DNA of 64,000 bases, taken from Cirrosporium novae-zelandiae (Eukaryota). Position numbers and translations under genes: made by a program. Positions 25,734 through 35,420 of this stretch are shown here, in pieces (within the stretch, counting starts at the first letter, position 1; the number at the start of each line of letters is the position of its first letter). The notes under the pieces are model-generated. The model made no database searches. It was not told where the DNA came from and was given only the letters and a program-made list of their open reading frames with translations. Where the stretch lies: NCBI GenBank assembly GCA_026023565.1, contig JAPETS010000004.1, positions 744,001 through 808,000 on the forward strand, written 5' to 3'.

Positions 25734-26523
25734 GGTAACGGTTGAAAGGATGAAAAGGGTTGTATTTTTGTTTGATGTAGGGAGATGGCGTCCTTTTTCT
25801 ATTATAAAGTTGTTAGATAGGAGATCAAAAAAAGGAAAATGATTTCGGAGACATGTGAATCTTACAAGGGTAGTTTTGTGATAGATTTTCAAAGATGGAT
25901 AGGAAGGATTAAATAGATGGTTAGATAGATAGTTGCCTAGAAGGAATAGGAGGAGGAGGATGACGGGGGAGATGAAGAATGTCCAAGGCAGAAGAATGCC
26001 AAATGTTGTTTTTGCGGTAAGGCTGTGCTGGTGTTGCTGCGCTTTGTGCTCTGTGCTCTTGTTTGCTATGCTGAGCTGAGCTTGCGCTTAAAGCTGCTGT
26101 GGATTTCACTGATGCCTGGGGTGTCTTTTTTGTTCAATCAGGGGAAAATGGAACAATCACAGGCATAAGGCCAGATTGACCATCCAGCTAAGCTTAGTTG
26201 AGCTTAATGGTAGATCCAATCTGATAACAAAACAAACCAAACAAACCAACTAAAACCCACTTAAGGTCCTTTTTTCACTCTCATCATCTTTTTTAATGAT
26301 GAGAAAATCTTCTCAACTTCCCCCTTCCTTGACCTTCGCCATGATCAAGTAAAATATCAAAAGGATACCTTTTTTTAATGAGTGATGAGTTGAGGAAACT
26401 TAAGAAAAATAAAAAGACGGTAAAATCAACTGCTTTTTAACGAAACTTCTTTCTTTGCTCAGGCCGTCTTGCACACCGCTGGGCAGCACTACTGCAGCCA
26501 GAACCCACCAGTTCCGATTACCT

Positions 26524-26534
26524 ATTGGACCACG
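26524..26534 (+). promoter_or_regulatory. ERSE-II-like element ATTGG-N-CCACG upstream of ER J-protein gene
   Basis: Exact match ATTGGACCACG ~340 bp upstream of ATG. Confidence 0.4.
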
Positions 26535-26872
26535 TCGTTACATCCACCTCATACTGTGTACAAAGGTCAGATCTTTACTGTCTGACTAGGGCAAGAAGCT
26601 TCATTCGATCCTGTGGACACACCACTAGGTCAACCACAGAAAAGTCTTAATTCTTAATCAATTGAAACCTTGGTACTTTGCATCGCTGTCGTGATTCACG
26701 TGCGTGAAATTTATTACATCCCGCTTGACAAACCAGAGTCAAAGGACAGAAGTAATCGCTGAAGGCCTCTAAAAAGTCTTCTTGCCACGAGTGGCTTACT
26801 TTTTGGTATTGGTTTGATTTGGTGTGAAATCCATTTCTCTACATTCCTCTACCTCCAAAGTCTCTAAAACCC

Positions 26873-28159
26873 ATGACCATGCGACTCTCCCTTCGTCCAG
26901 CAACCTTCCTTTTCGCCCTCCTCCTCCTCCTTCCCCTCATTGCCGCCTGGTCTCCGCAAGACCACGAAATATTCCGCCTCCATGACGAAGTTCTAGTCGC
27001 AGAAGGATCCGATGCAACCTTCTACAGCTTCCTAGGAGTCCCTCCTACTGCCTCCTTAGAAGACATCAATAAGGCGTATCGTAAGCAATCCCGGAAGATA
27101 CACCCAGACAAGGCGAAGCAAGCTTTCATTTCCTCGTACTCCAAATCAAAATCAAAGTCTGGCTCAAAAAAGAACAAGAAACCCGGCGTCCACGTCAGCA
27201 AACCTCCGTCACAACGTGAAATCCAAGCTGCTGTAAAGACTGCCAATGAACGATTCACTCGTCTTGGTCTCGTCACGAAGATTCTTCGAGGGCCCCTCCG
27301 TGACCGTTATGATCACTTTCTCAATAATGGCTTCCCTATCTGGCGTGGAACGGGCTATTACTACGCTCGCTTCCGACCTGGTCTTGGTAGCGTTCTACTA
27401 GGCCTTTTCATCGTTGGAGGAGGTGCAGTACATTATACCGTTTTAGTACTAGGCTGGAGACAGCGCCGTGAATTTGTCGATCGCTACATCAAACGTGCTC
27501 GGCGTTCGGCATGGGGCGATGAAACTGGTATCAGAGGTATTGGTGATTTCACTGGTGGCGGTGCAAGCGTTCCTTCTGCTGGAATAGAATCTCAGGAGCA
27601 GCAGCAACCAGCTTTAACTCGCAAACAACGTCGTGAGATGGAGCGACAAGCAGTCAAAGACCGGAAAAAGGCCTCTCACAAAGGCCAACCTGAGAAAGAG
27701 GAAAGCTTCACCCCACCCCCAGGTCGTGTAGAAAACATGGGCACCAAAAAGCGTGTAGTCGCTGAGAATGGAAAAGTTCTTATTGTTGATGCTGTGGGAA
27801 ACGTGTACCTGGAAGACACTGATGAAGATGGAAATATTGGCGAGTATCTGTTGGACCCAGATGAGCTACCGAAACCAACAATTAAGGACACGGCGTTGGT
27901 TCGATTACCAGTTTGGGTTTGGAGAAGCAGCATGGGAAAGGTCCTTGGTACAAAGAAGGCGGGTGAAGAACTGACAGAGGAAGAGGAGACTGAAGAAGAT
28001 AGTAGTAATGAGGGAGGTATTAATACTCCACCAAGCTCGGAAGAAACTAGTGAGGAGACTGAACTTCTCAATACCATATCAGCCGAGAAAAAGTCGGACA
28101 ATAGTAATGCTATCAGGAAGAGGGCAAATAAGAAGGCTGGCAAAAGACAAAAAAAATGA
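26873..28159 (+). CDS. ERJ5: ER membrane J-domain protein (Erj5-like)
   Basis: Signal peptide, AWSPQDHEIFRL, TFYSFLG..AYRKQSRKIHPDK, RYDHFL.NGFP.WRGTGYYYARFRPG, TM segment. Confidence 0.88.
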   Translation: MTMRLSLRPATFLFALLLLLPLIAAWSPQDHEIFRLHDEVLVAEGSDATFYSFLGVPPTASLEDINKAYRKQSRKIHPDKAKQAFISSYSKSKSKSGSKKNKKPGVHVSKPPSQREIQAAVKTANERFTRLGLVTKILRGPLRDRYDHFLNNGFPIWRGTGYYYARFRPGLGSVLLGLFIVGGGAVHYTVLVLGWRQRREFVDRYIKRARRSAWGDETGIRGIGDFTGGGASVPSAGIESQEQQQPALTRKQRREMERQAVKDRKKASHKGQPEKEESFTPPPGRVENMGTKKRVVAENGKVLIVDAVGNVYLEDTDEDGNIGEYLLDPDELPKPTIKDTALVRLPVWVWRSSMGKVLGTKKAGEELTEEEETEEDSSNEGGINTPPSSEETSEETELLNTISAEKKSDNSNAIRKRANKKAGKRQKK

Positions 28160-28880
28160 CGGGACCTAGATATTCCTAAATACTACCATCATGTCAGTAT
28201 TGTTACGGGTTAGATTACTAGTAAGGGTACGGTAAGCAGTTACAATAAACTGTTTACACGAGAATAGAACGTCACCTTTTAACCACAATTACAATCAAAC
28301 CCCCACCCTTTGGTGTATACCGAATATATTTGCATGCAAAAGTTCTGATTTGACTATAGGATGAGCATTTCCGCATGATAAAAATAGACACGGGTTCCAT
28401 GAGCGGAGGGAACAAGTTAAGAAATGGATATGTAAATGCATTTCTAGATCTATTGAAGGAGCTAAAGGTATCTCTAATGGTATGTACAATACGTATCTAT
28501 TATCTACACGTATGGAATTGAGGTACTAATGGAGGCCTGAGGCAGGGGGCCAGCCACTTGTGGCATGTGGCACGATAAGAATGTCACACGTCATTGTCGA
28601 GATCATCAAAGGTGGCTCTTCCCCACAAACTCTCCAAAGGCCACAACCATCTACTGTCTATGTACCTACATTACATTAATGGTCCCATATACTTTCCATC
28701 TTCTCTATTTTTCATAATACCTAGGCCTATATCCTAGTATTCCTCAGTCAACATTACTCAATCCCAAGAAACCCAAAGAACATCAACTCGTTGCCTTCAA
28801 TCAAAGGTCATCGAGAAACTCCCCAACATCCTCGCCTTCACGCTTAGTCCTCACCTCCTACGTACTTATTCTTTTACAAG

Positions 28881-29759
28881 ATGACGGGTAAGGGGCCATA
28901 ATAAGTCCATAACCCTTATTACTCAACCACTAACGCTTCTATAGTCTCACCAATAGATTTCTGTATGACCTCCCCCTCCACCATACTCCCCACCTCTATT
29001 AATCCAAACCCCCACAGACAAAGTCCTCGAAATCTCTCCCACCGCAACCCAACAACAGATCCGAGAAGCCTATAAACGGTACCAACCCCCCTTCCATCTC
29101 TGCAATCCAATTCCTAATACCCCTCCAGTGCAGCCCTAAAATCCCATCCAGACCGTGTCCCTGCCAACTCTTCTGAACGCCCCGCCCGCACCAAGAAATT
29201 CCAACAAGTAAATGATGCCTACTACACATTATCAGACCGATCCCGCCGCCGCGACTACGATGCCGCGCACAAGGTGCAGACCCCGCTATCATCAGGTGCC
29301 CAAACCCCCTCCTCCGCCGACGAAGATATCCCGCGACCAGAAGCAGGGGGTGCCGCTCCCGGTGGTTTCCCATGGTCGGCATTTGGATTCGGAGGGGGAC
29401 AGAGCAGCAGTGGTGGATATACGCCCTCAAAGGATCAGGAGGCATTTTCGTCTGCCCAATTCGGCGATGTGTTTGAGGAAATGCTGAAGGAGGAAGGGAT
29501 GGCCGATTCCAGTACCTCGCAGCCCACTTCCAAGTTCTGGTCCATTATCGGGGGACTTTCGGGGGCTGCCATGGGATTTATTGTGGGAAATATGCCAGGT
29601 GCTGTGGCGGGTGTGGTGGCAGGGAATCGGTTAGGAGCCATTAGGGATAAGAAGGGAAAAAGCGTCTATGAGGTCTTTGCGGAATTACCGCAAGGAGATC
29701 GGGCGAGGATCTTGAGCCAGCTTGCTGCGAAGATTATCGGAGGAGCAGTTGGGATCTAG
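28881..29759 (+). CDS. DnaJ-domain protein, 4 exons
   Basis: DFYKVLEISPTATQQQIREAYKR|AALKSHPDRV..KFQQVNDAYYTLSD..RRRDYD; Gly-rich C-terminal hairpin, AIRDKKGKSVYEVF. Confidence 0.9.
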
Positions 29760-30555
29760 GACGGCTCCTGGTCCTAGGATGGACATGAGATTTTTTTATA
29801 CACATACGCAAGGACGCTGGCGTTACGATGGGGAAAAGGGTTGGACTGGGACCAAAGCCCATTGAACGATTTATGATATACTACGGTTTTTTGAAGCTGG
29901 TCAGTTTTTAGGAATGGAAGGTACAATTAGTTTTCGACGTCAGCACATGCATGATATCCAGAATATTTCAAATGGCGTTGGACGTTTGCCGTATCTATAG
30001 ATATCCCCTCCTTTACTGACCTGTCTCAATGAGTACTCTCGTCATTTAATTTGCCTAAGGACCCCTTCAATACTATAAATATAAATGATGACTTGGATCA
30101 ATCAAATATGGAGCTGGGGAGACTTCCTTAGGATCACTTTCATTTCCACCCGTCGAAAGTACAACACTAGTTAATACACCATATATCTCCTTAAATAATC
30201 TTATTATTTCACAACACTTTTATAAATTACTTAATCCAGCGCCTACACCGAAAAAGAAGAAGAACAAAAGAAAAAAAGGAAAAAAGGAAAAAAGGAAAAT
30301 CTCAGCATTAACCACAAGGCCTTACCAAGCACGCTGACGATGTTTAATCTGGCCCTTTTTACCATTGCTAAACCCCTGTCCACCTTCGATCTCGAGAGAA
30401 AGCAGAGGAGCAGGTTGAATAGGTTCGGATTTATCTTTGTCACTATCGTCGGCACCGCAGCTATTTGCGTCCAAAAGCGAAAGGCTAACTCAGGTGTTTC
30501 TTCTTCGATTTGCTTGCCAAAGAGTAACTCACTTCTATTCCCAAGCCAAAAAAAC

Positions 30556-30707
30556 AAAAATTTGGAGCTTCTCTTTGGTTAAGCGTGTCATCCTTGTGCA
30601 GGGGCCATGCTAATCTTCTCTGTCTGTTTCTGGCGTTAGAATATTTTCGCACGCGTAGGGGGTCACGTGACTCACATCGTTTCAAATTTGACCAAATGCC
30701 CGAAGGC
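30556..30707 (-). ncRNA. SNR6: U6 snRNA gene copy A, with 52-nt spliceosomal intron (30624-30675)
   Basis: GCCTTCGGGCATTTGGTCAAATTTGAAACGAT|intron GTGAGT..CTAAC..ACAG|ACAGAGAAGATTAGCATGGCCCCTGCACAAGGATGAC..; T-run terminator. Confidence 0.95.
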
Positions 30708-30973
30708 GAAAGAATGAGCGAGTAAAATGGTTTATTAATGGAACCTTAATGAGAAAGGTGGGGTTTGGGGTTCAATTCTGAGAGTCTACACAATTCTTTT
30801 TTGACTAACAACTTTTCGCTTACAGTAGAAAACAAGGGCCACGTGCTGCTTTCCCTCATTTGATGGACAAGGAGCACGCCAGCTTTCGCTAGATTAATTT
30901 TATGAAGAATTATTATCAAATGGTACTACTCGGTAAATTAATAACAAAAGTAAAGTACCTAGGTAATTAGCCC

Positions 30974-31074
30974 AAAAAATTTGGAGCTTCTCTTTGGTTG
31001 AGCGTGTCATCCTTGTGCAGGGGCCATGCTAATCTTCTCTGTATCGTTACGTTGACCAAAATGGGGTTTCCCCC
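30974..31074 (-). ncRNA. SNR6: U6 snRNA gene copy B, intronless, variant 5' end
   Basis: GGGGGAAACCCCATTTTGGTCAACGTAACGATACAGAGAAGATTAGCATGGCCCCTGCACAAGGATGACACGCTCAACC..TTTTTT; upstream TATA 31095-31104. Confidence 0.92.
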
Positions 31075-32096
31075 AAAAATTAGGCGGGATTTAGAATATA
31101 TAAAGGGTAGAAAAGCATCAAGATGGGGAGTTCGAATCCGGGAGGGACCAACGACAAATTTTTTTTTTCGCGTTTTCTATTATTTGCACGTAGCTTCTAT
31201 TATTTATCGTCACTTCGAAAAAGTTTCTATTAGGCTTTTTGTTTTGAGAATGTATTTTTTTTCTTATCCACTACAAGGAATTTTTATTAGGCTCGACTCA
31301 TAGATGGGAGATTTTAGTATCTTCTATATTGCAAACACAAATGATACCTCGGGCGACGACACCAAATTCATCTTGAGACTATCTGACGAAATAGTAAAAC
31401 AGTTGATCATGATGGTCGAAAGTGACTATGTCAAAAATTCATCTGACTGCCATTCGAACTAATCTACAATAGCTAAGCAAACTTCAAGGGGTTACCTTAG
31501 CCATCTACAATCTCATCCTTTACTCCCAAACACCCTTTACACAAACTTTTCTCCTAGCTCCCATGCCAGCGAACCCCCTATAGTCCTGAATAATTATATC
31601 AACTCTCTTTTTATCACGATGCAATGCCGCCAAGGTTTCTAGACCTTCCAACTCCAAAAAGAAGAAGTGGGAAGAAGTCCTCTACCACACGCCACACATA
31701 CGTAGAACCTAAGCGGACAAACTGACTGACCATATATGAAGGTACCAAAAAAGTATTAAAAGAAATCACGAAACTAATGCCTTCGCCAAAAAGCGGCTTA
31801 CAACTAAACGGGCAAGTGGCTGCTTCCCTTACTACACAGCCCGTAGACGTTCCTATACGTTAGCCTGGCCAGGCACACACGTTGATTAGAAAGAGGGGCA
31901 TAAATATTTCTTCATAATTCTATCATCACATCAAATCCATGCCAAATGACGCTAATCGCTTTCCCAGATATCCAACATGATCGAACAATGAAATGCATGA
32001 TAGTGCGCCGGTAATGCAAAAGGGGTATGTATGTGAATCTAAGATAAATATGAGGACATTAGGTTTTAGGGCTATTAAATTCGGAAATGAAAGAAG

Positions 32097-33087
32097 TTAA
32101 ACAGCCCTGTAACCTCTATTAACCGCATTATCTTCCGCTAATCCAGCAGGACCTCTTGAATCATTTGTCAAGTATCTTTCTATACTATTCTCTCCGTTGG
32201 CTTCTGTCATGCCAACAGCTCTTTCAAGCTCTTTTAAGCCTTGTGGTATATGCTTCTTGGTCCTTATAGCTGGCAATAGATCGATAAGGAAGCTCAATAC
32301 CCAAAATGTGAATATTAAAGCAATGACCCATTCAATGACGGCACCAGCGTTTGGGCTCTTGTGGCTACCCACGGTGCAGATGCCGAAACCGATAGCGAGA
32401 CCGAATTCGATGATAATGAAGCAGAGCTTAATCCAAAAAGAGATACGGAGGATACGGTGTTGACGGTAGTGAATGCCGAGGCGTTGGTATTCGGCACAAA
32501 GGAAGATAGCGGCAATAATGTAACCAGCAATGAAGAGAAGGAGAAATCCATCATGCAAGCGTGGGTGACGCCATGTATCAAATATCGATAGAAGAATCAA
32601 CCCGCATGTACCCGCGATTGAAAATATGATCGCAAGAATCGAAAGAGCTTTGTCCCACTTGCAGTGGTTCTGGACGAGGAAGCCCTTATGACGAAGCCAA
32701 CGCTCGGAAGCAAAGGAGAGGTCCAGAAAAATTGTTGTGATAACACTGCCAGTAATAAATAGAGGTTTGAGGCCTTGGGCACCGATATCTAAATATAAAC
32801 GCTCTGTTAACTTAGGGGCTCCAGTATAGTTGATGATATCTGATAATTGGCCAAAGCCGATTCTTGCTAAATAAATTCTGGGGGCATTCAAAATCCCCCT
32901 AAATGTAGCTCATCCCCTGTCAAGCCCGATCGAACGTACCGGAAATGTATGCGATATGCTGGCTATCAGACATGCTTGGATACCATGGCGATCCTTGGGC
33001 CAACCACGTTATTAGCATAGCAAGCAGCATTCCAAGCCACATGCATGCTGATATTACTGGAAAGACCCAGTATCCTATTATCCACAT
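32097..33087 (-). CDS. SFK1: Frag1/DRAM/Sfk1-family membrane protein, 2 exons
   Basis: MWIIGYWVFPVISACMWLGMLL..HIAYIS|DIGAQGLKPLFITG..ERWLRH.., LSIFDT.RHP.LHD, AVIEWVIALIFTF. Confidence 0.88.
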
Positions 33088-33968
33088 TTTAATGTGATTG
33101 TATATGAGGAAGCGGCGGGAGAAGTAGATGGCTAATTAGAGACTTTAACTAGAAGTAGATAATTGTTAATATATCATCTTAAAGCAATTATTAGGTGAAA
33201 ATATGGTACCTCGGAGATATTGGAGTTTGCGACAGTATGCAACAACTGATGAGTGACCCTCACGTGCTTCTTTACTTGAATAGGAAATAGCGGATTATTC
33301 AAATAGATGAATGAAGAAAACAAGTAAAGAGAAGAAGGGAGAAATACGGGGAAGTAGTAGGATTGGGAAGGATATGTAAATACAAATACAAAATGAAAGA
33401 TGTTGGGTTGCGAAGAGCGAATGGACTTCCATAAGGGAAATTTGGTGTTTAGAAATGTTAAGTGCCTTGGGTGTATCCTGGGGATCCATCGTTGGCTGTG
33501 TAAAAGGAGTTGCGTCATCATTGTTTACTCTCTGGTACTTTGTACGTACGGGGGAAATATACGAATGATGTAACTTCGGCACGGAATTCGGATATTTCTT
33601 TATGGCCGTTATGGCCGTTATGCAATTATCCGTCCCGAGCCCAAGCTTTAAGTCCATTTCAAAGCCTCAAAATAGCCTAAAGCGGAAATCGGCACGTGCA
33701 CTCTACTACATGAATGACTCGTCAAAATTCTGACCAGGCAGATTATTCATCATTCTTGAACAACCTTTTTTGAGACCTTTTGGTAAGCAACTTAAAGTCA
33801 TTTCGATGAATGAGTGACCTCATCTGACTACATCTTAGTTTTAGTCTAATCCACTCACTCTCCTTCCACACCTAGCAATAACTAGAGACTGATATTTTCG
33901 AAAGTACACAGTATCCTTTCCTTCTTGCTTTTCAATTTTTTACTTCATCTGTATTTCCTACTGCATCT

Positions 33969-34992
33969 ATGGAGAATCAATTAAACGACTTTATTAAACG
34001 CCATCCTCTCCAACGTATTGCTTCTCCCTCCAGAACCATTTCTTTAGCCCTCCATGTATGTTACTTGTTTGACTTCCGGTTCCACTGAACCACATTTATT
34101 CCAAGAGTGTAAGGCTGAAACAAAATGTTTCGATAGGTCATCGGTCTTTCCAGCTTTGCAGGTTCATACAAATAGTATTGTTTCCCCTTTACACAAACAT
34201 TTGCCTCTTCTCGGTCTATTAGCTAATTATTGTCATTTTTTGAACACAATCCAGTCTTATCGACAACCCCAATCAAATGTATGATGACTCTACTTACAAG
34301 CCGTTACTAGATAGAAATCTCCATGTGCTAAAAGAATTGACAACAGAAATGATTCATATGGCTGGCACTTCCAATATCTCACCATTCTCGGCCTGAGTCT
34401 TGCGACTTTGACATTTCTGTTCGGCTCCCTCGCAGATATTAGTCTCTCGCGTTCTGCTTTTTTTGTCAAGAATGCACTCTCTATTTTATCTACTCCATTA
34501 GAGGTCTTGATATCCATCCTCTACTGGGGCCTTCGCGCTGTACGTATAAGGACACCCATTTGTTCGGTTCAATTACCGAACCATGGTTTCGAAGTGGCAG
34601 AAGCTGATGTCTTGACCACGTATAAACAGATCGATACCAAGCTAGTCATTCCTGACTGGGCCGAACCTATAACAATCTATGCAGATGTTGGCTTCCATCT
34701 TATGCCTGCCTTTGTTCTCTCTCTAGACCTGCTCTTTCTCTCCCCTCCTTGGACCATTACTGCTCTTCCCTCTATCGCTGTTAGTACAATATTTGCCTTT
34801 GCATACTGGGGCTGGGTTGAGGTATGCTATACTCATAATGGCTGGTACCCATATCCCATATTTGAGTTGCTCGAGCCTAAAATAAGAGGGCTACTTTTTG
34901 CTGGAAGTGCCATAGTTATGGCCACCAGTACAGCAACTCTGAAATGGATTTATGGCAGGGTAAATGGCAAGGGGGAGGTGGAAACAAAGTGA
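33969..34992 (+). CDS. FAR-17a/AIG1-like membrane protein, multi-exon
   Basis: RHPLQRI..; DSYGWHFQYLTILGL; PLEVLISILYWGL; ADVGFHLMP; NGWYPYPIF. Confidence 0.88.
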
Positions 34993-35420
34993 CTGAGTGT
35001 CTCTGGTTAAAGACTATTGACAAGTTTGATTTGGAACGAAAGTTATAGAATGTTGGATAATAGAAATATTTGCATACAGGAAAGTCGACTTAAAAGGATA
35101 TAGGATCATATAGAGGGATTTAGAAGGTTATGAATGAAATCCAGAATTAAATATATAAGGTAGCCATTCAAGCTTTTGAATATAAACTGTGCATATTATG
35201 TGCATGTACAGTACATAGGTAGCCATTTGAAAACATTTGAGGTTCATGGTTGGTACGTAGGTCCTTACTAAATATAGTTAGTGTGACATGGTTCAAGGAA
35301 TATCAAAGCTCCACCCTCGTCATTAACTTGTTTACCTTAATTTTCAAACAGCCCATCTGAACATCGCCATGTCCGCTGTCTCATAATCTTTCACGTTCGC
35401 CTGACCAAGGAGTGTTCATC

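Noticed and set aside
30085..30150. C/D or U3-like snoRNA (ATGATGA; TAGGATCACTTTC)
   Set aside because: No suitably placed D box or U3 B/C boxes
31120..31170. tRNA remnant around GTTCGAATCC
   Set aside because: No T stem or acceptor pairing; treated as an isolated B-box
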